From the NCBI GenBank assembly GCA_030390025.1, contig JASTWF010000034.1, positions 2,604,001 through 2,668,000 on the forward strand: a DNA stretch of 64,000 nucleotides, read 5' to 3'. A model generated the notes under the pieces. The model saw only the letters and a program-made list of their open reading frames with translations. It did no database searches and was not told the origin of the DNA. Origin of the DNA: Squalus acanthias (taxonomy: Eukaryota). The position numbers and the translations under genes were made by a program. Positions 36,470-47,999 of this stretch are shown here, one piece after another. Positions within the stretch are counted from its first letter, which is position 1. Each line of letters begins with the position of its first letter.

Positions 36470-38375
36470 CCAATTAAATAATTTCATTCCCAGGGCCGCC
36501 GAATTACACTGCTCCCGCCACAGTCCAGGAATTTCATTCCTAGGGCTGCCTAGATTACACTGCTCCCGCCTCAGTGCAGGAATTTCATTCCCAGGACAGC
36601 CTAGATTACACTGCTCCCGCCTCGTCCAGGAATTTCATTCCCAGGGTGCCTAGATTACATTGCTCCCGCCTCAGTCCATGAATTTCATTCCCAGGGCCAC
36701 CTAGATTACACTTCTCCCACCTGAATCCAGGAATTTCATTCCCAGGGCCACCTAAATTAAACTGCTCCCACCTCAATCCAGGAATTTCATTCCCAGGGCC
36801 ACCTAGATTACACTGCTCCCGCCTCAGTCCATGAATTTCATTCCGAGTGCCACCTAGATTACACTGCTCCAGCCTCAGTCCAGGAATTCCATTCCCAGGG
36901 CCACCTCGATTACACTGCTCCCACCTCAATTCGGGAATTTCTTTCCCAAGACTGCCGAGATTACACTGCTTCCGCCTCAGTCCAGGAATTTAATTTCCAG
37001 TGCCGCCTAGATTGCACTGCTCCCTCCAATGTCCTGGAATTTCATTCCCAGGACCATCTAGTTTAGACTGCTCCCGTCTCAGTCGAGGAATTTCATGCCA
37101 AGGCCAACCTAGATTGCACTGAATCCGCCTCAATACAGGATTTTCATTCCCAGGGCGGACTAGATTACACTGCTCCCGCCTCATTCCTGGAATGTCATTC
37201 CCAGGACCATCTAGTTTACACTGCTCCCGTGCCAGTCGAGGAATTTCATGCCAAGGCCAACCTAGATTACACTGCTTCCACATCAGTCCAGGAATTTAAT
37301 TCCCAGAGCCACCTAGATTAAACTGCTCCCACCTCAATCCAGGAATTTCATTCCCAGTGCCACCTAGATTACACTGCTCCCACCTCAATCCAGGAATTTA
37401 ATTCCCAGTGCCACCTAGATTACACTGCTCCCAACTCAGTTCATGAATTTCATTCGAGGGCCACCTTGATTAAACTGCTCCAGCCTCAGTCGAGGAATTC
37501 CATTCCCAGGGCCACCTAGGTTACACTGCTCCCACCTCAATTCGGTAATTTCATTGCCAAGACTGCCGAGATTACACTGCTCCCTCCTCAGTCCTGGAAT
37601 TTCATTCCCAGGACCATCTAGTTTACACTGCTCCCGTCTCAGTCGAGGAATTGCATGCCAAGGTCAACCTAGATTACACTGCTTCCGCCTCAGTCCAGGA
37701 ATTTCATTCCCAGGGCCACCTAGATTACACTGCTCCCGCCTCAGTCCTGGAATTTCATTCCCAGGGCCGCCTAGATTACACTGCTCCCGCCTCAGTCCTG
37801 GAATTTCATTCCCAGGGCTGCCTAGATTACACTGCTCCCGCCTCTATCCAGGAATTTCATTCCCAGGACCGCCTAGATTACACTGCTCCCGCCTCATTCG
37901 TGGAATTTCATTCCCAGTTCCGCCTAGATTACACTGCTCCCGCCTCAGTCCTGGAATTTCATTCCCAGGGCCACCTAGATTAAACTGCTCCCGCCTCAGT
38001 CCTGGAATTTCATTCTCAGGGCCACCGAGATTAAACTGCTCCCACCTAATTCCAGGAATTTCATTCCCAGTGATGCCCATGTTACTCTGCTCCAGCCTAA
38101 ATCCAGCAATTTCATTTCCGAGGAGCCTAGATTAACTGCTCCAGCCTCAGTCACGGAATTGCTTTGCCAGGGCTGCATTGAGTACACTGCTCCCGTCTCT
38201 GTACAGGAATTCAGTTCCCAGGGATGCCTTGATTACACTGCTCCCACCTCAGTCCAGGAATTTAATTCCCAGGGCTGCCTAGAGTACACTGCTCCCGCCT
38301 TAGTCCAGGAATGTTATTCCCATTGATGCCTATATTACTCTGCTCTCGCCTTAGTCCAAGAATTCAATTCCCAGT
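36470..38375. repeat. Intronic minisatellite, 51-bp unit (GGAATTTCATTCCCAGGGCCACCTAGATTACACTGCTCCCGCCTCAGTCCA), about 37 copies
   Basis: Direct 51-bp periodicity; the 17-aa repeat ORFs in the track reflect it. Confidence 0.97.
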
Positions 38376-38599
38376 TAATTTCTCTATTGCCTAAATCTAG
38401 AACAAGAACAAGAAAAAGTTTCGAAAGAGTGACCTTACCCAGACAAACATATCATGGTGTTTGACAGAGGGGAAGTATAATTAAAAGGAGCAAATGGCAA
38501 TACCAAGGAATCAAAGGCAAACGTTTAAACTTTAAACCAATGAGATAAATAGCCTGTAACCTCCTCAATACTCCATGAAACACTCTGGAAACATTGAAT

Positions 38600-39210
38600 T
38601 CTCGCTTAGTCATTCTCACAAAATCATAACTACCAGTCAATTTCCCGAATCCTCCATCACCATCCCAGGCTGTGTCCTGTTCCACTGGCAGCACAGACCC
38701 AGAGGTGGGAGCACAGTGTTATACAGTCACGTGGGCGAGATCCTGCAATTCCTTAACATTGCCAAAGAATATAATGAAGTCTCATGGCTACCAGTCAGAC
38801 ATGGGCAAAGTAATTATCGCCCACCCTCAGCTGATGAATCAGCACATGCTGAACACCATTTGATGGGAGCACCGAGAGCAGAAAGGGTGCAAAATATACT
38901 CTGGGTGTGGAGGGGGATATTTCAATGTCCATCAACAATAGTGGCTCGGAAGTACCAGCATTAACCGAGCCCTGAAGAATGCAGCTGCCAGACTGGGATT
39001 GTGGCAGGTGGTGGGAGAACCAATAGGAGAGAATAGCCTGCTTGACCCCGTCCTCACTAACCTACCTATCGCATATACATCTCTTCATGATGATATTGGT
39101 AGAACTGACCAGTGCACAACATTTGTGGAGAATCAGTCTCGCCTTCACCCTGAGGCCACCCTCCATCATATCATGTGCCACTACCATGGTGATCAATGGA
39201 ACGAAATTAG
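38600..39210 (+). mobile_element. LINE endonuclease-domain fragment
   Basis: ESSITIPGCVL..RPRGGSTVLY, YRPPSADES and QVVGEP..NSLLDPVLTNL..IGRTD, which are APE-like motifs. Confidence 0.75.
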
Positions 39211-39349
39211 AGAGCGCCAAGCGATCCCACAACCAACAGATCAAATTATTTCAAAGTTGTCATATCCTGTCGTGAATGGTAATGAACGATTGAGCCGTTT
39301 CCACATGGCACAGAAAATTTCTACTTTTCAAGTATATGGAAGTTACAGC

Positions 39350-40370
39350 TAAGAAAGAAAGAATTGCATTGATATAGCGCCTTTCACGATCTTGGGATGT
39401 GCCAATGCGCTTTACAATCAATGAAGAAATTTTGAAGTCTAGTCACTGTTGTACTGTACGAAACGTGGCAGCCAATTTGCGCACAGCAAGCTCCCACAAA
39501 CAGCAATGTGATCGTTGCCAGATAATCTGCTTTAGAGATGTTGATTGAGATAAATATTGGCCACAACACCGGGGTTAACTCTGCTGCTCTTCTTCGATAT
39601 ACATCCATGTGATTTTTTAGTCCACTTTAGAGAACAGACGGGGCCTCGGTTTAACGTCTCATCTGAAAGACGGCCCGCCCGACACTGCAGCGCTCCCTCA
39701 GTACCGCCCCTCCGACAGTGCAGCGCTACCTCAGTACTGACCCTCTGACAGTGCAGCGCTCCCTCAGTACTAACCCTCTGACAGTTCAGCGCTCCCTCAG
39801 TACTGACTCTCTGACAGTGCAGCGCTCCCTCAGTACTGACCGTATGACAGTGCAGCGCTCCGTCAGTACTGACCCTCTGACAGTACAGCGCGCCCTCAGT
39901 ACTGCCCCTCTGATAGTGCAGCGCTCCCTCAGTACTGCCCCTCTGACAGTGCAGCGATCCCTCACGACTGCCCCTCTGACAGTGCAACGCTCACTCAGTA
40001 CTTACCCTCTGACAGTACAGCGCTCCCTCAGTACTTCCCCACAGACAGTGCAACGCTCCCTCAGTACTGACCCTCTGTCAGTGCAGCGCTCCCTCAATAC
40101 TGCCCCTCTGACAGTGCAGCACTCCCTCAGTACTGCCCCTCTGACAGTGCAGCACTCCCTCAGTACTGCCCCACTGTCAGTGCAACGCTCCCTCAGTACT
40201 GACCCTCTGACAGTGCAGAACTCCCTCAGTACTGCCCTTCCCACACTGCAGTGATCCTTCAGTACTGCACTGCAGTGTTAGCCTAAATTTTTGTAATCAA
40301 GTCGGTGGAGTGGGCCTTGAACCCACGACATTTTGACTCAGAGCCGAGAGTGCTACTACCTGAGCCTACT
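39350..40370 (-). mobile_element. DeuSINE (same family as 18597-19058) with an internal minisatellite expansion
   Basis: 39350-39680 and 40265-40370 align with 18597-18925 and 18955-19058. Confidence 0.85.
39680..40270. repeat. 33-bp minisatellite (ACAGTGCAGCGCTCCCTCAGTACTGACCCTCTG), about 17 copies
   Basis: Direct 33-bp periodicity inside the SINE. Confidence 0.96.
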
Positions 40371-41159
40371 GAATCTGCTTCCACCAGACTTTCCGAATTC
40401 ATTGCAGGTCATAAAAACTCACTGCGTGACCAAAGTTCTTCTCATCTGCTCCCTGCTTCTTTTACCAATTATCTTATATATGTGCCATTTAGGTAATGAC
40501 AAGGCAAGTTCTGGAAACAGTTTCTCCTTTCTTACTGTTTCAAAATCCCTTTTCTTTCTGAACACTTCTATTCAATCTCCCCCAACCTTCTGTGTTATAA
40601 GGAGAACAATTCCAGCTTCTCTCGTCTGCCCACATAACTGAAATTCCTCAGCCCTGGTGTAATTACGGTAAATTCTCACCACACAAGTGGCAGAGGATGA
40701 CCACCCCCAACAAAAGGGAGTCTAACCTCTTCCACCTGACAGTCAACGGCAATTCCATCACCGAATCCTCCACCACAAAATCCTAGGGTCTCCATTGATC
40801 AGAAACTCAACTTGACCAGCCTCATAAATGCCGTGGCTACTAAAGCAGGTCAGAGGCTGGGTATTCTGCAGTGAGTAACTCACCTCCTGACTCCACAAAT
40901 CATCTCCAACAAGGCACAAGTCAAGAGTGTTCTGGATTACTGTCTGTAGACTGTGGTATGACTTGTGGGCAAGACCCTACCAATTCTATTAATTGTATTA
41001 AAAGATTTTCAATATTAAGGACACGTACACATATTACAACCAAATGTCTGCAAAATAATCAGGTTCTAAGCTGTCATATTCAGGACAAGATTAGAATCTG
41101 TAAATGAACATTTGTGACACCGCCCGAAAGAATATTCTAGGCCCTTTTGTTTGCAGCGT

Positions 41160-41320
41160 TTTGTCTCTTTAAAAATCCTGTGTGACTGGTCCTGTCTCTT
41201 TAAAAATCCTGTGTGACTGGTCCTGTCTCTTTAAAAAGCCTGTGTGACTGTTCCATTCTCTTTAATAAACCTGTGTGACTGGTCCTGCCTCTTTAAAAAG
41301 CCTGTATGAATGTTTCTGGG
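41160..41320. repeat. Five-copy array of the same 31-bp monomer as 1-9250
   Basis: TGTCTCTTTAAAAA.CCTGTGTGACTGGTCC five times, followed by the same unique flank as 9290-9780. Confidence 0.95.
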
Positions 41321-41794
41321 TCACTGACTGTGGCTCTGCCCTCTTGTTCAGCTGTTCATTGCATGCTATGAAGAAGAGACAGAATGGAGTTGTTTTTAAA
41401 CAGGGGACCATGGATTTTGGATCCACAGGGGTGTTGACGGTGCAGGATTACTGAAACTAGTTCTTTGACACTGAAGTGGCTTCACTGAGTTACGGAGAAA
41501 CCTTTGCTGGAAAAGTAGTGTTAAGGATTGAAGACCTAGGCCTAGAAATCCGTCATTGACTGCAGTGGAGCTGAATATCAGGCGCTGCGTGTAACTGGCG
41601 CCCGATCCGATACCGCCCGGTTAACGCCACCACCCGAGACACATTTCTCGGCCGTTGTCTGCAGACATTCGCAGATATCAAATGTCACAGCGTGCTGACG
41701 AATTGCACTATGACTTTGCCTCTCAAAGATTCGGCTTGAACCCATTCAGAGCCATTTGTTATCTTCCGAGACAGATTGCTCCAGGGGTGGGGGT

Positions 41795-42275
41795 AGAACA
41801 TAGAACATAGAACAGTACAGCACAGTACAGGCCCTTCGGTAGTCGATGTTGTGCCGAGCATTGTCCGAAACCAGGATCAAGCTATCCCACTCCCTATCAT
41901 TCTGGTGTGCTCCATGTGCTTATCCAATAACCGCTTGAAAGTTCCTAATGTGTCCGACTCCACTATCACAGCAGGCAGTCCATTTCACACCCCAACCACT
42001 CTCTGAGTAAAGAATCTACCTCGGACATCCCTTCTATATATCCCCCCATGCACCTTATAGTTATGCCCCCTTGTAACAGCTGCCTCTACCCGAGGAAATA
42101 GTCTCTGAACATCCACTCTATCTATCCCCCTCATCACCTTATAAACCTCTATTAAGTCGCCTCTCATCCTCCTCCGCTCTAAAGAGAAAAGCCCCAACTC
42201 CCTCAATCTTTCCTCATAAGACCTCCCCCCCAAAACCAGGCAGCATCCTGGTAAATCTCCTTTGCACTCTATCTA
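41795..42275 (-). mobile_element. Young 5'-truncated CR1 3' end
   Basis: Near-identical to 60700-61170; (TTCTATG)n tail; absent from copy A near 9775. Confidence 0.9.
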
Positions 42276-42599
42276 AAATTCACTAAAAGCATTTCAGTCT
42301 CATCCAAAACACGGCTGTCCGTGTCCTAACTCGCACCAAGCACCGTTCACCCATCACTCCTGTGCTCGCTGACCTACATTGGCTCCAAGTCCGGCAAAGC
42401 CTCGATTTTAAAATTCTCAACCTCATGCAGTGTTCTGGCAGCACCTTCACCACACAGACTGCAGCGATCAAGATGAAGGCGCACCATTTTCACATGGTTA
42501 ACTAGGGATGGGCAATTAGTACCAGCCTTGACAGTGTCACCAATATCCTGTGAACAAATGGATATAAATAATAAAATAGGAATACAATCAATGATTTTC

Positions 42600-43490
42600 A
42601 AATTCACTGATTGAAACCAGGCGAGGCCTGTGATCAGAATCATGTTACGCTACACAAATTGTCTCATAACTTGGCTCAGAAATTCTATGATTCTTTGATT
42701 GCTATTGCCCATACTTTCCCAATGTCCCTCTCATTTAAAAAGGTGCTTGATAAAGTCCCACATAATACGTAAATTGAAGCCCATGGGATTAAAGTGGCAG
42801 TGGCAACATGGCTCGGAAATTGGCTGAGAGACAGAAAGCAGAGAGTAGTGGTGAACGGGTGTTTTTCAGACTCAGTCGACACTGGTGTTCCCCAGGGGTC
42901 GGTGTTAAGAGCTTTGCTCCTTTCATGTATATCAATGCCATTTACGTGGGTATAAAGCACATAATTTCAAACTCGGAAATGTTCATAAACAGTGAGAAGG
43001 AAAGTAACAGACTTCAGGAGAACATAGACAGACTGGTGAAATGGGCAGACGCATTCAGATACAATTTAACACAGATAAGGGTGAGGAGATTCATGTTGTT
43101 AGGAAGCAAGAGCAGAGGCAATATAAACTAAACGGTACGATTTTAAAGCGGGTGCATGATCAGAGAGACCTGGGGCGTACTTACATAAATCTTTGAGGGT
43201 GGCAGGACAAGTTGCGATGGCTGTTAAAAAAGCATACGGAGTCCTTGGCTTTACAAACAGAAACACAGAGTAACAAAATCCAGAAAAAAATGCTATCCTT
43301 TTATAAATAATTGGCTAGGCCCCATCTGGAGTATGGTGTCCAATTCTGAGCACCACATTTTGGCAAGCATGACAAGGATTAGGGAAGGTGTAGAGGAGAT
43401 TGACCAGATTGGAACCAGGGATCTGGGACTTCAGTTACGTGGAGAGACTGGATAATCTGGGATTGTTCTTTTTAGAGCAGCGAAGGTTAA
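42600..43490 (+). mobile_element. CR1 RT fragment (paralog of 10840-11740)
   Basis: Colinear homology with the copy A fragment; GVPQGSVL remnant. Confidence 0.85.
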
Positions 43491-43494
43491 GAAT

Positions 43495-46400
43495 CGTAGA
43501 ATTATAGAATCTTAGAAATTTACGACACAGAAGGAGGACATTCGGCCCATCGTGTCTACGCCGGTCGAAAAAGAGCAATCCAGCCTAATCCCACTTTCCA
43601 GCACTTGGTCCGTAGCCCTGTAGGATACAGCATTTCAAGTGTATAGCCAAGTACGTTTTAAATGTAATGAGTGTTTCTGCCTCTACCACCCTTTCAGGCA
43701 GTCAGTACCAGACACCCACCGCCCTCTCGGTGAAAACAATTCTCCTCGTCTGAACTCTGATCCTTCTACCAATTACTTTAAATCTATGACCCTGGTTATT
43801 GATTTTTCTGCTTAGCGAAATAGATGCTTCCTATCCACTCTATCTAGGCTCCTCATAATTTTATACACCTGAATTTAATCTCCCTCAGCCTCATCTGTTC
43901 TAAAGTAAACAACCCCAGCCTATCCAATCTTTCCTCCTAGCTAAAATTCTCCAGCGCAGACAACATCCTCGTCAATCTCCACTGAAACACCTCTAGTGCA
44001 ATGACATATTTCCTGTAATGTGGTGACCAGAACTGTACACAGTACTCTAGCTGTGGCCTAACTAGTGTTTAATACAGTTCAAGTATAACCTCCCTGCTCT
44101 TATGTTCTATGCCTAGGCTAATAAAGCAAATTATGCCATATGTCTTCTTAACTACCCTATTTACATGTCCTCTACTTACAGGGATCTGCAGACATGCACT
44201 CCAAAGTCTCTCTGTTCCTCTACAATTCTCAGTATCCTACAATTTATTGTGTATTCCCTTTTGTTTTTTGCCCTCCTCAAATGCATCACCTCACACTTCA
44301 CTGGATTGAATTCCATTGCCACATTTCTGCCCAGCTGACCAGATCATTGATATCTTCCTGCAGTTTACAGCTTTCTTACTCATTATCAACTACATGGCCA
44401 ATTTATGTATCATCAGCAAACTTCTTAAGCATGGCCTCAACATTGAAGTCTAAATCATTGAAATATACCACAAAAAGCAGGAGACCAAGTACTGAGCCCT
44501 GTGGAACCCAAATGGAAACAGCCTTCCAGTCACAGAAACAGCAGCCGACCATTACCATTTGCTTCCTGCCACTGAGACAATTTTGGATCCAACTTGCCAC
44601 TTACCCTTGGATCCCATGGGCTTTTACTTTTTGACCAACCTGTCATGTTGGACCTTGTCAAAGGCCTTGCTAGTATCTATGCGGACTATCTCAAATACAG
44701 TACCCTCATCGATCCTCCTCAAAAAATTCAATCAAGTTAGTCAGACATGATCTTCCCTTTATAAATCCACGCTGACTGTCCTTGATTAATCCGTGCCTTT
44801 CTAAATGCCGATTTATAATCTCCCTCAGAACGTTTCTAATACTTTTTCCACCAACGACGTTAGGCTGACTGGCTTGTAATTGTTTGGTCGAACCCTTTCT
44901 CCCTTTTTAAACAGCGATAAAACTTTAGGGGGTAGAAATTAGGTCGCGCCACATTTGGGGCGCAAATATCGTCCGGACGCAAATATTAGCGCCTGGCGCT
45001 AATTATAGGCACTGACGGGAAACTTCACTTTTACCGCCCCGGGAGGTGAGTGGAGCGCTAAAGCAGGCGCTGCACACCTCTCTTAAGGCGCAAAGGCCGA
45101 GCAGTGAGGCGCTAACTCGGAGCGCTGGCGAAGCTCATGTAATGTCAGTCAGCAATGGAATACACACACAATGGCACGGGCCAGTTCTTAAAGGGGATGG
45201 TTAATCTTGCTTTCCATCCACATCCTGTTCATTGCTGCCTTGAATCTCGGCCTGGAGAGACTTGCACATCAAATGTGCTGGAAAGAACAATGGAGAGCAC
45301 CAGGCAAAGAGCTCAGAGTGCAGCTCCCACGGTCTCTGCTAAATCGATACAAGGAATGGCAAATCAAAATGAACCCGCAAAGTGCTGCTCAGTACCCAAA
45401 ACTCCTTCACACAAAGTTGAATCTCTCCAGAAGTCTCTCCCTCTCTCTCTCAGAATGCGTAGTTCAAAAATGCCACCAACAATAAAAGACAGGAAGAGGC
45501 CCCCTTTAAATAGCACCCCCCCCAGCCCCACAGCGATTGATAGCGTTCCAGTCTTCTGGTCGTTGGAAGCGCCAGGCGGTAAGGCAGGGGGCGCCACTCA
45601 ATTTCCGCTACGGGGCGCCCCAAGGGCGTTGCACCATGGAATGACGTCACAATCTGCGCGCGCAGGTGGTCGCAGCGGTAAGTTTTAGCGCCGCCGCACA
45701 ATCTCAAGTTAAGTTCTCGAGCGGCGCAAACATCGCTGCGCCCGGGCGTTAGCGTCTTTGCGCCCCATTAGCGCCCTCTTAAGGCGCTAACGGGTGGCGC
45801 AACCAAGTGAATTTTTACCCCTAGGAGTCCTCTGGCACTACACCAGTAGCCAGACACGGTCGAAACATGATGATCTGAGCCTCCGCTATTTCCTCCCTCA
45901 GCTCTCTTAACAGCCTGGGATACATTTCATCCGGGCCTCATGATTTATCTACTTTCAAATATGCTAAACCCCTTAATATTTCCTCTCTCGCTATGTTTAT
46001 CTCATCTAATATTTCACACTCCTCCTTAACTACAATGTCTGCATTGACCCTCTCTCCTGTGAAGACAGATGCAAAGTATTCGTTAAGATCCTTACAAACG
46101 TCTTCTGCCTTCACACTCTGGTTACCTTTTTGGTCTCTAATAGGCCCTACTGTTTCCTTAGTTATCCTCTTGCGATTTATGCATTTATAAAACCTCTTTG
46201 GGTTTTCCTTGATTTTACTTGTCAATATTTTTTCGTGCCCTCTCTTTGCCTTCCTAATTTACTTTTTAACTTCAGTCCTGCACTTTCTACACCCCGCTCG
46301 GCTTTCTGTAGTACTGAGTTCTCGGTATCTATCAAAAGCTTCCCATTTATTCCTCATACTACCCTGTATGTTCCTTGACATCCAGTGGAATCTATAATTG

Positions 46401-46605
46401 GAGGTCACATACTATTTCTTTGTGCAACATATTTGCTCTGAACCCTCATTATCTCCTCCTTGAATGCTCCCCACGGCTCTGACACTGATCTCCGTTCAAC
46501 TAGCTGTTTTCAGTCCATTTTTGCTAAATCTCATCTCAGCTGAATATAATTAGCCTTTCCGCAATTGAGAACTTTTACACCTGGTCTATCTTTGTCCTTT
46601 TCCAT
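43495..46605 (-). mobile_element. CR1 LINE (paralog of 11745-14545), interrupted by a MITE
   Basis: WIQNCLSGRKQ..VPQGSVLG..KKFADDT and KENPKRFYK..LNEYFASVFT. Confidence 0.9.
44929..45821 (+). mobile_element. Non-autonomous TIR element (Harbinger-like MITE), 893 bp, 3-bp TSD TAG
   Basis: GGGGTAGAAATT...AATTTTTACCCC flanked by TAG/TAG; the copy A site near 13750 is empty. Confidence 0.88.
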
Positions 46606-46985
46606 AAGGAGAGATTTAATATAGATGTTCAAAATTATGATGGGTTTTGATAGAGTAAGTAAGTCGAAACTGTTTCCAGTGTCAGAATGTTGGTTAACCA
46701 GAGGGCACAGATTTAACGTAATTGGCAAAAGAACCAGAGGAGAGATGAGGAGAATTTGTTCTACGCAGTGAGTTGCTGTGTTCTTGAATGCACTGACTGA
46801 GAACGCGGTGGAAACAGATTTAATAGTAACTTTTTAAAGGGAATTGGATAATTAGTTGAAGGGGAATTTTTTACAGGGCTCTGGCTAAAAAGTCGGACTA
46901 ATTAGATAGCTCTTTCAAAGAGACGGCACGGACACGATGGGCCGAATGGTCTCTGTCTGTGCTGTACTGTTCCATGATTCTATCA
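46605..46985 (+). mobile_element. CR1 3' end (paralog of 14545-14895)
   Basis: Colinear homology; GGGCCGAATGGTCTC..CTGTGCTGTA and a CATGATTCTAT tail. Confidence 0.8.
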
Positions 46986-47699
46986 GCAGGAGACAGAGAG
47001 AGAGTGAAGAGGGACAGAGAGAGAAAGTGAGAAAGAGAGAAATACAAATAGAGACAGAAAGACTGGGAGAGAATACAGAGGGAAAAAATAACTTTAAAAG
47101 GGGAATTGGATAAGTACTTGAAGGAGAAAATTTGCAGCACTATGCGAAAAGAGCAGGGTAATAGGAATAATGGGAGGGGTGAGGTCATGGTAGGATTTGA
47201 ACACAAGGAGTAGAATATTAAGATTAAGGCGTTGCCGGATTGGGAGCAAATGTCGGTCAGCCAGCACAGGGGTGATGGTTGAACAGGACATGATGCGGGT
47301 TAGGATAAGGGCAGCAGAATTTTAGATGAGCTCTAGTTTATGGAGGCATTGGAATAGTCGAGTCTGGATTTAACAAAAGCACGGATGAGGGTTTATGCAG
47401 CGGAAGGGCTGAGGCGGGGCGGAGACGGGCGATATTGCAGAGGTGCTGGTAGGCAGGACTGGTGAATCCGAGAATTACAGATCTATTTTCTGGATATAAC
47501 AGTGACACCCACAGCAGCAAAGAGGGGAGAGTAAATCACCAGAACATTAATACAGTTAGCAAAGGTTTGCAGAGTTAATAGATGGATACAATGACTTACC
47601 AGGAACAACAACAAAAAGAAGGAGGGGAGAGTAAAAGACAAGAACAGTAAAGCAGTTAAACGTAGTCTATAGGATTAATAGCCGGATAGAGCGACTTAC

Positions 47700-47880
47700 C
47701 AAGAACACCGACAGCAGCGAGGAGGGGATAGTAAAAGTGTTGAATAATCACAAGGGCCCAAAAGATCCGCGTGTCTAATGGTAGCCAATCATAATATGCT
47801 GAAAGTTTGTCAAACTCCCAGATGAAACTCCTGCCCATTGTTGTAACATTCCAATCTACTGTTCTCAGATTCCGATCCAT
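47700..47880 (-). CDS. Exon 1 of GPR139/GPR142-like orphan GPCR, paralog B
   Basis: ATG at 47880 (second ATG at 47838). Encodes MDRNLRTVDWNVTTMGRSFIWEFDKLSAYYDWLPLDTRIFWALVIIQHFYYPLLAAVGVL with phase-1 donor G|GTAAGT. Joined to 35539 it reads ...YYPLLAAVGVL-V-NLVTIVIL, and 181+902 nt gives 360 aa. Confidence 0.85.
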
Positions 47881-47999
47881 TGTAATATTCCAATCTACTG
47901 TTCTCAGATTCCGACTCCCTCTCTGTGGAGCAGCGCGCTGATCCTTGTTAGTGCCGGAGATGATGCTCTCACTGACACTATGGGATAACACATCATTGA

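Noticed and set aside
36438..38187. Repeat proteins with 17-aa periodicity
   Set aside because: ORFs occur in several frames on both strands and are broken by stops; they are a by-product of the 51-bp unit.
39532..40254. 178-aa and 151-aa repetitive ORFs
   Set aside because: They are translations of the 33-bp SINE-derived minisatellite.
34638..47880. Assigning the gene symbol GPR139 or GPR142
   Set aside because: Only family-level resemblance; tandem paralogy argues against 1:1 orthology without a phylogeny.
47904..47996. Conserved ~30-codon uORF ahead of GPCR exon 1 (also from 16119)
   Set aside because: Its ATG is only about 15 bp downstream of the TATA-like box, so probably upstream of the TSS; conservation is explained by overall paralog identity.
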